A stretch of 64,000 bases of DNA from Phallusia mammillata (taxonomy: Eukaryota): assembly GCA_965637545.1 (NCBI GenBank), contig OZ281494.1, positions 10,602,001 through 10,666,000 on the forward strand, in the 5' to 3' direction. The notes under the pieces are model-generated. The model searched no databases. It was not told where the DNA came from and was given only the letters and a program-made list of their open reading frames with translations. Both the position numbers and the translations under genes were made by a program. This document shows, piece by piece, positions 26,896-40,200 of the stretch. How positions within the stretch are numbered: position 1 is the stretch's first letter; every line of letters begins with the position of its first letter.

Positions 26896-29800
26896 AATGT
26901 TCAAAAACTTTAAAATTCGCTTTTAGATTGTCTGCGCACTCTCACTGTCAAACTGCTCTTATGGTAGGACTTTTTACCAAACTATCTTATTTATAATGCT
27001 TGACGGACGAAATGCCCCGAAACTGGCCTGTGGGGTTTTTGGGGGACCCAGTCTTAGTGACGTAATTTCATCTACGCTAAGTGTTGCAATTTAGCAGTGT
27101 AATGTCTGGACCATACGCATTGCACGCGCTATTAAGTATGTGTCAAAACAGGGGCTGCATGTAAAGTGCATTGGGCTATATGGTGCAAATTTTCAAGAGT
27201 TATGGCATGACTCACCAAAACGCCACACTATAGTTACATGAGATTTCCTATAGCGTGCAATGTGTTAAATTTTCTTCTCATCAATTAACATATTATTTCA
27301 TTTCATGTTTGTTTGTGTTTTAGAAAGAATTATTTTCAGGAGTTTTACCAAATTTACACTGTTGGGAAATCAACTGATTTTGGTGAAAATACAAAAAACA
27401 TTGTTTTGTTTTATGTGGTGAAACGTATCAATAGGTGCGGAGTACATTCTCTGCATTACAATCTTAACGCAAAACTATGGTATTCACATTTACATATAGT
27501 CTGACAAATAAAACAAAACACAGGAAAAGCCAGTCGCAAATTTGGGATCCAGTCTGACCGCACCACGCCCTATGATTGATCTTTCACATATATGGCTTTC
27601 TCGTCAAACACCAACAACACCGTACTTTTATATTTGATTTACCATGTGCACGTAATTTGGGTGTGCTGTTTTTTGTCTTTATTTATTTACATTTAAAAAA
27701 GTTTGCCTTGACATTTATTAAAAATAAATTGGGATGTATTTTCAGCAGTGTATGACTATTAAAAACGGTCTCAAAATTTAGATAAATTTGATATTTTCTT
27801 TTTTTGTAGGTTGCAGATAAACAAAAATTGTAGATAAAAGCTGAGTTTTGTTAAGCTTATAGTGTAATGTTTTCACAGTACCATGCTTACGTACAACCGT
27901 TGTTTAGCTTATTTTAATATTAAGACTACAGAGTCTTCCAAGAGAGAGTTGTTTTAAATTCTTGCATTTATGTATATCTAATAAATTTTATCGCTAAAAT
28001 ATACATATTAAAAAACGTTACATATACATCCGGAAATAAGCCATGATTGAAATTTTAGAGAACTTTTTCAGTCACGCCACGCTTATATCTTCATGACGTA
28101 ATAACGTTGTTGGTCATCGCATAACATTTTTCTGCATCATGACTAGCATATTGACTTAACTTCCGATGATGCGAAACTATGTGGTTTTTCAAAACAATGA
28201 TAAAGTGACATTTTCTGATCAAGTCAATTCAAATTTATTTGCAATGTCACTTCATCACATTGTCATGGTTAAACAGTTGCGAAGAACAGCAAGAACATCG
28301 ACAAAAACATTATCAAGGCAACTTTCCTGTTATTTGAATGCTTCTTGAGTTCTGTGTTCTGGGTATGTTGCAGCAAAGTTGTACAATTTAGAAGTTGAAA
28401 CTTTTTGACAACAACCCTATAATGGGGCACGTTGAACACAGATTTGTTTTAAAGTTTCGCGATGTGTAAAAAGACATAGGCTCACGTCATTCACATAACG
28501 TTTTATCAGAGCTTGTCGCTCTTAACATGCATTGGGCCAGTGCGTACGTATCTTAATTCTCATCACATTTTTATGACATCGGAAATTTTTGTCGGAATAA
28601 TTTCGACCCTAAGAATATGGGTCATTGTCTTAAGCAGTGCAACCCACGGTTTTGTTATTTTGCTTTACCCTTTAGAACGAGAATATGGGTCAGTATAAAA
28701 ACACTGCAAAGAAACTATGCTTTCGGTCCCTGTCACATTAGGAACTGGACACCTACATTTGGAACGGCAGGATACAGTATACTGTTTCTTTAGGGACAAC
28801 ATACAAAACAATGTGATCAGTGCAAAAGTAAAGACATTTCGAAATGTCAAAAGACACGCCAAACTTTATCAACATCCGATATGGGCATGCCTTATCTACA
28901 TTTCTTGTAACCCTAGAACACCATGTAGATTAGACGTACTTGGTCCATACAAGCTTAAACAGTGTACAAGACATTTCAAATACATATGTCAGCTTCGTGT
29001 TTGCGGATGTGTTGTATTCACATCAATGTTATCGCAATTTGACATTATAAAAATATCCGACAATCAGTTTACCAACATAAGATTGTATGGGTTGGGTAAA
29101 TACAAACATTTGGCAGAAAACGAATACCTCTTTTTGGTTTTATACCAAGTCGGTATAAATTGCGAAAGAAGCTATAGTGCGAGTGTTTTAAATCAGCGAA
29201 AGTTTGTAATTTTTAGAAGTAGTAAATAGTTATTTTTTTAATTCATTTTTGCTAAATGGTGGCTTGTGAATGAGTCAGCTTTATTTCCAACAATTCTAGA
29301 AATGAAACAACCCGCAACCGTTTAATCGGCTTTGTATAGCACACACTTCCAATGTGTCTGTCTCAACATTCTTGTTGTTCTGCCCAATAAATCAATGTTC
29401 CACAAACTGTCGCATTAAAACAGCACAAACACGTACGTGTTATCAGACCCCGCCCGTTTTGTGCGTTATCGGCGCAAAGCCCTTTGCTTCAACACGCCTA
29501 AAGTCCGTTAAGCTAAAGCTCCCAGGCATCCCAGACGAAAAAAGGGATTTACGACAAAAACAGGTGTTTACGGCGGCTCATAGGACAAAGCGTGATGGAG
29601 GTAGCGAGGGCGGGTTTAACGCAGATGCGGCAAATACCACAGGCCGTAGCTTGATTAAAGACCGACCTGTACTGATGAAAACAACAGAGATTGTAGAAAT
29701 GTCTGCAATAAAACGTAGTCAATATATAGAAGATTTTTTTTGGCAATTTTGCTTTTGATCAAGCTACGACCGGAGTTTAACAGTTGCAGTTGTGTTCATA

Positions 29801-30240
29801 TGTGTAGTTAATGCGTATAACGTTTGGCTGCTGATGATTTCGGCACTAATAAAGTTTTTGTTTGATTGTTGGTCTTTGAGGTAATTTAAAACGACATATA
29901 TTTTTGAAACATATAACTATGCTTTGTTATGCGTTTAAAATGTGGCTTTTGTGATGCCGTAATGCAAAATATCTCAAATGAGCCTAGTATGCAATTATTG
30001 ACATTTTCTGTACGAACAAAAAGACTAATATAAACATTTCCTTTAGTTACCCGCGTATGCTATCATCTCCGTATAGACACAGATGTAAGTGAAGTAGTGT
30101 TTAGGTCTGTAGCGCAACGCCGGACCTTTAATGGCAGCTATTAACTTTTATTTACCCCTCTTACACAGGTCGACCCTTATGTAAAATTTGGGTGTATAAG
30201 GCAAAGGGAAACGGCTTTGTAGCGAAACAGTTCCCAGAGC

Positions 30241-33200
30241 ATGACAAAGACCGACATGGAGGACTACGGAATTTTAAATCAGCTTTATAATATATCAGCT
30301 GTGGGGAATTACTCAAACTCACACTATCCACAATCTGTTTTGAGCAACCTGGTCTTGCCTTGCATATTCTATGCGGTATTTTTAGTCGGCATTATTGGAA
30401 ATACGCTTGTCGTGTACATTATGAATCGGCTGGTGAGTAGACCATGTGTTTGGGATAAGTGTCAAGCCAAAATGCTATGTAACGTTTTAACATCACCAAT
30501 TGAATGCACAAGGTTTAATTTTCGGAGGCAAAAATTTTCAAGGAAAAACACAAATTTTCTTGGCCATGTTTTTCTGTTTTCTATTATTACCTCAACATTC
30601 CTATACAATATTTGACACCCTGTTGTTCTTGACATTGAGTGTTGTTCTTGTCTTGCATTCACGTGCCCAGAGGTTGCGTGAATTAACCATTCAGGTGTTC
30701 AACGCTTATTAGGGCAAATATGTGCATTATGTGCTTAAGCAATGTTGTGGATCGATTACAAATGGAACATGTTATCAAACGTTTCATTGTAATATGAGTT
30801 TGCTGTATACATGAGTTTTACTATAGTAAAATATGAGTTTTACCATAGTAAAACCAATTTTGCGTTTGCTGGAAACTATAAAATTCTGTGCAAACTTACG
30901 CTAACGGTTGAGCGACCGCGGAGACAGTCTCATAGCCTTCCTGAGTTATTCCACGAAGCGCCTTCTCACATCAATTGACTCAAATTTATTGTGCAGAATG
31001 GACCGAGGAAAATTGCCGATTTGTTCGTCGTTAACCTGGCGATAGCGGACTTGATTTTCCTCAGCACGATGCCGTTTTGGGCGACAGTGTTTCTACTGCA
31101 AACGAGGTCGGTGCTCAAAGACAAAGTCAAATTTAGTTGCATAGTCACTTCGTCATCACATTGTTTTCCGTTGTTAAACTTTTTCGTAAACAGCAAGAAC
31201 ACCGAAAAAAACATGGTTTATCAACTCAAGTGTCCTGGAAAAACATGGTGGCTCACCGCCACTCCCTTTTTAACTCTGATACAGGGATACAAAGTTGAAA
31301 TTTTTAGGGATGAATGTTTAATGGACATAAATAGCTATTCATGGTCAACGTCAACGTAAAATGCGACAGTCGTCGCCGGCATTTTTCATTGAAAGTGTAC
31401 AATTTTCTGGATTTCTTGGAGCTAGTGTCCCCTCTTGTCCGTATGTCCCGGCGCTCATAAATGCAATTCGTTTAACTTCGCCCGAAGTCCTGGAACCGTT
31501 TGCAACCAAGAATGCTTGCTTAAAGAAAGGTTATGACAACAAATATGCGCTCGCTTATGAAAGTCGTTAAAACGGTAGTTTCTCCAATGTTTACGATCCA
31601 GTAAAACCAAAATCTTGCGTCTCAGTAATAAATAAACAAAAGTGAAATCATAACTGACCCAGTTGTGCTTTTCAGATGGATTTTTGGACAAGTCTTTTGT
31701 AAAGTTGCCAGCTTTTTTTCTTTGTTCTCGGCTTACGGAAGCGTATTTTTTCTTACCATAATGGCCATAGATCGTCTAGGAGTTGTGGTCTTCTACAAAA
31801 GTTACAACAGTCGACGGTAAGAAGATATTGTCGTTATTGTAGATAACGATTAGAGAGCATTAACAAATGAGATTTGAGCTTATGTAACTCGAACTCTTTC
31901 ATCACTTAAAATGCCGAACAAATTGCAAATATGTCAAGTCTCTTTTTCTCCCAAAACACGGGAATCATTGTCACGAAAACACAAACATTATGTATTAAAT
32001 AATTCAGTCAAACCAGATGGTAAAGTGTGTACCAATCCCAGGTACAATGGGTTCAATAATTTTTAGGCACTTGAAATCAAGCCAGCATTACATGGTTGAT
32101 TTCATTGCATTGTGTGTTTAATCTGTTTCCAGGTAGATCGGTATAAAAGAATATGTTTTCTAGGAAGCGCAATAACTATTTATAAACCAATAAATGACCT
32201 TCATGTCATTGCTCTCTGCAAACAGGGTCGTCGCAATATCTCCGCGTCTCGTTTATATTTGAACAAGATATCGCGTTTGCGCTTGACTACCTTAACCGCT
32301 GAAGCGTTGGACCTCAAATACATAAACCAGCTTGTCATTTAACCACTGTATAAACAAAATAGTATTACGTAAGAAGCGCAGATTTATAAGACTTGACTTG
32401 TTGATATTCTGATTTAAATTGACGAGGGCGCTTAAGTTGAAACTAAGTGACACCTTGGCCAGCGACAGGTTTGCACGACCGAGTCTATTGTTTTCCTGGA
32501 AGATTGTCCTTTGGGGAAAAGTTAAAAACTAATTACGTGGCTTTAAACGTCAAATTATAAAACTGCTTTGCTTTTAAAAACCAACGTTAAATCGTCATTT
32601 CACCCCAACAGACGCGCAACGATAATAAGCGAAAAAGAAAATATAGTAAAAGGGTCTTGGGTAATCTTTAAGTACTATTAAATTATACAAGATACTGAGT
32701 GCAAGAAGATCTCTACAGTGCTGTTTTAGTTTACTTATGACAACTGTTGGTGTGCATATAAATGTCAACACTAAATGTAATCATGATATCAAAATGCAAT
32801 AAAATTGCAATGGTTGGTTTCAAAAACGCCAGTTTAATGTAAAACACAATCTGACAAATCGGTGACTTAGCCGTAATTTTGTCACTGCAGTGTGCAAACG
32901 TTGCTTTTACAATAATAAGCATTGTTGTTCTCGAATCGCTGCACAAAACAGCAATGACATTTTTCCGCTTTTTATTAAGGTCAATGAAAAAGGCCGTCAC
33001 CGCAGTGGTTGTTTTATGGGTGGCGTCTATTGTTCCAAGCTTGTTGGCCTTTTATTTTCGTGACACTGCAATCGACCGCGTAACAGGTGGGTCCAGTTGA
33101 CAAAGCAATAACAAAACAACACATCAAAGCCCCAAACATTTAACAGGAGTTTGCGCAATAAATGTTCGATGAAGTATTGTGCAGTGAAACGCTGCAATGT

Positions 33201-35927
33201 AATTCAACAACATGTTTTGGGAAATAAAAGTCATTGACAACGAAGTTCCTAGCCATCCTAAAGTATACATACGCGTATCTTGATTTAGCCTATTTTACAT
33301 GCATGTGATGCAATTAAAAATACGCTAAAGTAGCTCAACAAATTTGCATGTATAAAAGATTTAACGTAATGTAGTTGGTTTTACGTAGGAAACCTTCAGT
33401 GTCGATGGAGCTTCAATGATAATCTACCTGCACATAAGATCTGGTATTTTGTTCACTTCATTCAAAGGTAGGCTACGGGTTCATAGCTTCATTTGAAGAT
33501 TAGATTTCAATAAACCACGCAGAACGTGTTGTCTATAGAGACATAACAACTCGGGTATACTGATACCGCATGCTAAAAGCATACCATAAATCCACAGGGG
33601 GCGATCTGAAACCAGAACATAATATTATTTTACCATCTTCTTTGCATTTAGTCCACCAAATCACAATTTCCAAGTTTATTTTTGTTGGTTCAATGTGCGT
33701 TTTCCTGCGCTATTATGCGGTACAATTAGGGATGCGCCGAGCCGAGCCAGAACCCGAGTACTCGGTACCGAGCATCGCTATTTTTGATGCTCGGTGCTCG
33801 GCCGAGCAGTTGCACAAACTGACCCGAGCATTAAATTTGCATATTCATGCCCTGCCAACATAAGTAACTAGTGTTTGAAAGGGTGTCTATGAACACAAAA
33901 ACAAATGATTTTTTTTCAAATTTATTAGATTGTGGAAAAACGTGTACTTCTGAGGCCTGTAACAGCTTAATACACCGCTGGTGACGTAAGAGACCTTGTA
34001 GAGCTAAAACGTAGAAAGGGGATTTTTGTGACGTCATAATGCACCGAGCGTGCTCGGCCGAGCACCGAGCATTAACGTGAGATGCTCGGTGCTCGATCAA
34101 ACAGAACATTTGTAATTTTGGCACATCCCTAGATACAATGCAGAAACATGTTTAAAAATACCAAAACTGATCCAAATATAGCAACGGTATCATTCATACA
34201 AATGCATTCAAACCAAATGAAAACTTATTCCAGTTTTTACTATTCCAGTATGTATTTGTTTAGGTTTATCATTGCCTTCGGCGTGCCATTGCTCACCACA
34301 ATCGTTTGTTACGTCATCATCGTGGTGTATCTAAGGGGCAGAAAATCCAAAAAGAAAGTGCTGCGACAAAAACAGGTTTGTTGCCAGCCAACCAGAAACT
34401 GACAGGCGTCAAACCGCGCAACCGAAATATTGAAGAGGAAAGTTAATTTAGAAATCCTTAATAGGCACTGCAAGGGCTATTGTTTTGGTTTTACATTTAG
34501 AAGAAATCTATACGTAAATTGTAATGCAAAAAAATTGTATCAAAAGCGAGTTAACTAACTTGAGTTTTTGTTTTACGCCATAAACACAACTTTGGAAATG
34601 ACCACCTCACATGTAGCACAGAACATGCTTTTAACGTTTGAAATAAAACTGATCATTGCTACGTATATCCAGGACAGAGTCACACTGACAATATGTGTCG
34701 TCATCATTGTATTTATCGTTTGTTGGACGCCGAACCAAGTCTCGAACCTAATATACGTCCTGCAGAGCCTTAACGTTCTAGGTAAGTCGAGTTGTGGTGC
34801 TTTAATAAAAATTTTCCTAAGTGTGATATGTATTCTAGCCGACAAGTTCCGCGAAGTCAACAAACGCATTACTATTAAGTCGGTGTAGCTAATATTAATC
34901 GTTACTCTGTTTAAAATAAGCTTTTATTTCTTCATGTAACTTCGGGCTTACTTTGTCACGCTATAAATGGGTGGTAAATACCAACGACTGCTTTTGTTAC
35001 GTTTTCTATATTCACCCTACAATATCTAGTAATTACTCTTTAACGTCTTCAAAACAAATCTCGAGCGGTGTGAAACGAATCCAACAAGAATCGCTTTTCA
35101 CGCAGATCAGCCCAACCCACCATCAACCCAATACTACTTTCATCTTTGCACCATCACGCTTGCTTGGACTCACAGCTGCTTTAATCCCTTTCTTTATGCC
35201 TTCATGAGAGAGGATGTGCGACACAAGGTAACAAAGCACCTGGTGCGCAGATTTAGGGCATTTGTGGGATAAAGTTTATCATTCTCCCAACTCCCATAAC
35301 GCGGGGTTTAAAGCACAATTTGGAGCAGTTGGTTTAGGAAAGATTGAAATATTGGGTGTCAGTGCAAGTTTTCAAAATGTATGGAAGAATATACTTACAA
35401 AAACGTCCTAGGGAGGTGGCGTCTAGATTTAACAGCAAACATAAACACCTTTATCCCATGTGTGGTCTGTGGACTGTACAAACTGTTTAGAAAATTGAAT
35501 TTCACTGCGGCATATAATGATACACAAACATAACCTTTTTAGCTTGCTGAAATAACCCACAAACTACGACATTGCCAACGGAGTACTCACAAGCAGAAAC
35601 TACGTAGGATCACTTCTTCGCCGTCAACGGTATAGCATGCGCCACCAGTTACGCAATTTAAATATTCACTGAAATATTTTATTTTGTTGATGTTTTTAGC
35701 AGAAAATAACCGTGATCAGAAAACCCTCCCAACGTCATAGCAGTCCTGCACACAATCTTCTCGAAGCCAAGGTAGGCTACAGCGCTTTGTTTCTTTGTTC
35801 CAAATTCAGATCTTTTAAACGTGACAAAGGTCATATGTGTTAGTTTGTTTTGTAGAGAGAAAATGCAAATTCCATTGACAAGTTTGAAGAAGAGATGAGA
35901 ATGTTGCAAAAATCGTCCAGCGTGTAA
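30241..35927 (+). CDS. GPCR2: class A peptide-type GPCR (angiotensin II/apelin/chemokine-receptor-like), about 400 aa
   Basis: Exons 30241-30432, 30997-31106, 31676-31816, 32980-33086, 33389-33467, 34264-34375, 34673-34781, 35106-35227, 35543-35629, 35700-35771, 35856-35927; 1203 nt, in frame. Motifs: FLVGIIGNTLVV, ADLFVVNLAIADLIFLSTMPFWA, WIFGQVFCK, MAIDRL, LWVASIVPSL, AFGVPLLTTIVCY, FIVCWTPNQV, WTHSCFNPFLYAF; ends KSSSV. The last two exons are inferred; read-through of exon 9 would stop at 35635. Confidence 0.88.
33727..34131. mobile_element. hAT-like MITE (TAGGGATG family) in a GPCR2 intron
   Basis: TIRs TAGGGATGCGCC / GGCACATCCCTA; TSD GGTACAAT / GATACAAT (7 of 8 match); internal CCGAGC/GCTCGG repeats. 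Confidence 0.87.
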
Positions 35928-36261
35928 AAAAAAAACTGCCGACAAAATTTCGCAAATTTAGTATGTTTAGCATATTCCTTTTTTGTGTGTCAAAACACTG
36001 TGTCGTTGTGTGGATAAAACGCTGCATGCAAAATACGCAATGCAAATGCGCTTTTTTGCTTGATGCCCGCCCCTCTTTAATGCTACCTACTTTTTTGCCG
36101 GTTGTGTTGCTACTCGGGATGTAGTTTTTAATTTCCCCATTCCTATTATATGTTGTTGAGTTTGCTTTATAAAAACCCTAACAATAGGTAACCAATCGGA
36201 CAACAGTCTGATACTTTTATGTTAGTCCATGTATAGACAAGGGTTTGCGTCGAAATCCCAA

Positions 36262-37052
36262 ATGAGTGGTCTGTTGGGTAATTTCATAAGTTCTTGTTGC
36301 CCACTCTTTTGTCAAGTGCTTGCCAATAATAAAGTAGGTTAAGGCAGTGGTCGGCAACCGCCGGTCCGCGGCCCGGTACCGGTCCGCGAGGAGTTTGTTA
36401 CCGGGCCGTACAATTTTTCAGGGTAAATGCTATAAAACATTTTTCCCATGTAGCCCGGGGATGATAAACTAATTTAAGCGTTTTTATTGCTAAATAATTT
36501 TTGTTTTTTGAAGACCGGTCCGCGATAAAATTTCACTTTTTAAAAACGGTCCGCAGAGCAAAAAAGGTCGCCGACCCCTGGGTTAAGGTATTTGCATGTT
36601 GCTTTTATTTCTTTAATTGTCACTTCCAAGTGTTCCTGTGTTGTGTGCAAACGTGTCGATCGCTTTTCTCTACCTTTTCTATGTGCAGTTTGTTTCGCGT
36701 TAAATACACTGTGGCTCGTATCTACCGTGGATGTACTTCTCAATAGACGTGAGATCCACAATCAAACCGGAAAACCCATTTTTTATGAACACTTTCCCCA
36801 GCGCCATCACTACACCCGACAACGAATGATTGGTAATAAGGCTGTCCCAAATGCAGTTGGTTTTCAAAGTCAATCTCCCAAAAGACATAGGTACCATTGA
36901 CATGTTTCCAGTTTAGTGTGGTATAAGTTTGTAAATATGCGTTTTCTAGGTTTATGGATTTAAACGCCGCACTACATGTGCTGAGCGGTTCCCCCGATAC
37001 AACACAAAAGAGAAATGCATCCGTATTACAGGCAGGATTCAACAATTTGTAG
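36262..37052 (+). CDS. Candidate secreted prepropeptide (neuropeptide/hormone precursor-like), 106 aa
   Basis: Exons 36262-36277, 36689-36890 and 36950-37052, with GT-AG introns of matching phase (1, then 2) and AATAAA 3 nt after the stop. Protein: MSGLLVCFALNTLWLVSTVDVLLNRREIHNQTGKPIFYEHFPQRHHYTRQRMIGNKAVPNAVGFQSQSPKRHRFMDLNAALHVLSGSPDTTQKRNASVLQAGFNNL. It has a hydrophobic N-terminus plus RR, KR and KR sites. Exon 1 is only 16 nt and is the weakest part of the model. Confidence 0.55.
36345..36580. mobile_element. hAT (Buster-like) MITE, same family as 8702-8930
   Basis: TIRs CAGTGGTCGGCAACC / GGTCGCCGACCCCTG; exact TSD GGTTAAGG. The internal sequence is near-collinear with the reverse complement of 8702-8930. 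Confidence 0.92.
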
Positions 37053-37270
37053 TTAATAAATTTGGACAGCAAAAGTCACAAATAGACGAAATTGCGTATC
37101 GTTTGCTGTTTTCAACAACTTGGATTAGGCCCCGAAGCTATGTAGGCCTACCTTTGCGAAACGTAATTTATTCAGATAAATTGCAACAATCCTAAAAAAA
37201 TGCTATGACAAAAATTCTTCGATAAGGACTGATCATCAGCTACCATCCAATGCATAAGCCAAAAGCAGGT

Positions 37271-40200
37271 TTAAAACGCCGTTGAACGTTCCGGTAAACT
37301 CAAAGCTTCAATATCATAATCTACAAATATCGCATCCAAGTCGGTGATGGGAGTGACATCATCATGAGATATTTCCAAACGAGGTTTTGACGGCAAATCA
37401 CCAAGTGAATCTGAAACCAAATTAGGCACAGTAGCAGCAGATGTTTTACTGCCAGATAACTTTCCTTCGTTAGATGGCGCAACATAGACTTCAGTGTTGC
37501 GGTTTGACTTCTCTGGTTGTGTCCCATTGTTTAAATTAAAATCCGTTCCTGTTGGCAATTTGTGTTCCACATCTGACAGGATATTTGGCTGCAAAACAAA
37601 ACTGTTACAAACAGTAATTTGAAACTTTAATTTTTTTACATCAATTAAAAAAAAAAATTTAAATTCTCCATAATATTGGTTGAAGTTGAACAAAATACGT
37701 CAAGAGAAAAATGCTATACAGGTCAGAGTTGTAAAAGGGCCTGAAATAGGAGCCCGAAACATGCCCAAACCCGAAAGTACAAGCCCCAAACCCGGCCCGG
37801 ACCCGATTCGATTGTAAAATGCTCGTTTAGGCCTGAAAGTTTGATTAATAGGTTGAAGTCTCAGGTAAGACCAAAGCAACAAACACAATAGACAATTGAT
37901 CTTGAACCAGGCGTTTTAGGGCTGTATGACATTAGGTCAGGTCCATCAACTGGCTACTTAGCTAGTTAAATTGTTCGAAAAAATAACTGACACAGAGTGT
38001 AAAGTCAGGCCCGAGCCCGTTGTTTTAAAGAAACCTAAGCCCGAACCCAGTCCGAACCCGGCCCAAAAAGCCCGGTCCGACTTACAACTCTGGTACAGGT
38101 ATAGACTTGACACTGAGCTCCTTGTGGTTTGTGGTATTTAAAGATACTGTTTGTCATTTACCCTTAGTTTCGTTGCGCGGGTAAATGTACTCATCGCAGG
38201 CAAATACGTCCTTTGTTCCAGTTTTCTTTCCACCGGGCTCGCTTTCTTATATTTTCCTTCTCTTTGTCCACCACTACTCTCCAAATGACGCTTCATCCGT
38301 TTCGAAATTGGCCGGGATAGCGTGCTGACGTCATCATCCAGATCGGAGTCCGTGTTGGTGTGTCGTTGTAGCGAATTGCTCAGGTAGAGGCACCCTGGTG
38401 GTTGCTTTGGAGTAAGGGTCTCTTTCACCTGTTTGTAACTGACTTATAATTATTATTGTTTTTCTATGAATGTTTTCCTAAATACAATCAAAAACCGAAA
38501 ACCAATGATAACGTGTTTTATGACTTTACAAACCTGAGCTTATACGTTACACTAAATCTGGCGCTTAAAGCTCTTCGTTTGTTGCCACTCACCAAGCTTC
38601 CAGTTTTCCGTTTTATCCAGTATGCCAAGACAGAAGCAAAGAAAAGAATGAAAAGCGAACTGACGACAACAAGTGGAACCAACAAATACAAATCAAGTTC
38701 GGATCGATTTTCTTCATCAAGATGTTCCAACAAACTAAAAGATGTTACCCCCGAAGCTGAGGTCAGTTTGTTGCAGTGACGTTCCAATATCCTGTTGCAA
38801 AAGAGGATGGAGTAAAAAAGAACAGCAATAATGAAGCAATACCCCTAAAAAAGAGTCTACTTCAAATGTAATTGATCTTTCCAGTCGGGCGTTACTTAAC
38901 ATTTTATGTTCTATTTGTCTGGAAATGTTATTGAAGATAGAAAATCTTGTTAACAGCCAGAAAACGAATATTTACTGCAACAAAGTTGATCCATCGAGCA
39001 GTTTTCGAGCACTGTCATATCCAATCAGCGCAATTTCCTTATCCGAGCGAGAAATCCTGCTTATTGCCACGACAAACACATCTTTCACAGTGTCCGCTCT
39101 TCTCAAACATGTGTTCAAGGACTTTGCGATGTTAGACTGAAAAGCGTGTTAATAGTAAGCTTTGTGAGTTCGAGACGAAAGCTGCTTTATTAGTCTACTC
39201 TATACTTACGTGAGAGGAATTGTTTAAAAAAACGTACTGCGCGTAAAGTATATGATGAGGATCAGGAAAGAATATATTCAGGTCAAAGCTGGCATATTCC
39301 ATGTCGGCGAAGCGAAACTGCAGTGAAGTTGAATAAGTGTTAGGGTAATTGCTTTATCAACACAAGTTACCGACTTCCATAGGAAACTCATTTTGAGAAG
39401 GATTTTGCTTGATCAAGACGTTTGCTTCACCTAACGCTGATGGCTGCAATAAATTCTGCACAAATATAAACAAACTGTTGGTAAACATGTGACTTTGAAG
39501 GGGGTAGAGCTTACGCACTCGAAATATTAATGGGTCTAACTGAAACTGGCAATTATAGTTTTGAAAATAATATAACAAAAACCCATTGCTAAAAAACAAA
39601 GTTTAAGGCTGACTGTTGCATAAAACACAAGAAGTTATTTGTTTGTTTTTTTGCTATTTTTTGAGAATATTTAGTTGTTAAGTAACTTAAAAAAGTTTAG
39701 TAGAAATTCCATAACCGTAATACTTACAGTAGTTATTGTGTGCTGAACAGCATAATCGTCCATGATACCGAGGTCAATTGACCTTATTCGAGCTGGAAAA
39801 CGTGGAAAACTAGTGTTGATAATGACTGTGGCTTGGTCAACTTCCCCGGAGCCACACACATTTTCAACTTGTACCAGCAACTGTAAAAAGAAAAATTTAA
39901 GATTGTTCAAGGTTTCCGATGGATGTGTTGGTGCACCATTATTAAGTTGGTAAGCTGTTTTAGCCCGTAATTGGTGTTTAAGGCAGATTGGCATTTCACT
40001 ATTTTAGCTCCAAGAAGAAAAGTTGCTGTAAATTTATGGCAAAGATTGTTAAATCTATAAAATCATATCGTCACCGGCCTTCTTAACCATTTCTCTGCAA
40101 ATTATATCGTGACACATACAAACCTAAATGGGACATGGTCTTATTACAACCAGTTGCAAATGATCACGATTTTGTTACCTCGTAACATGTTTCACCCGAC

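Noticed and set aside
28717-29758. 170-aa and 134-aa plus-strand ORFs between the GPCRs
   Set aside because: No recognisable motifs, no splice-consistent partner exons, and composition like intergenic DNA.
36592-36900. THAP-domain transposase remnant (EHF…AVP similarity)
   Set aside because: It lacks the N-terminal C-x2-4-C and conserved Trp/Pro spacing of THAP; the segment is better explained as exon 2 of the secreted precursor.
36740-37072. 110-aa minus-strand ORF (…FVVGCSDG…) as a terminal cadherin exon or separate gene
   Set aside because: The cadherin already stops at 37271, the ORF has no clear splice partners, and it is antisense to the better-supported spliced plus-strand peptide model. 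Not fully excluded.
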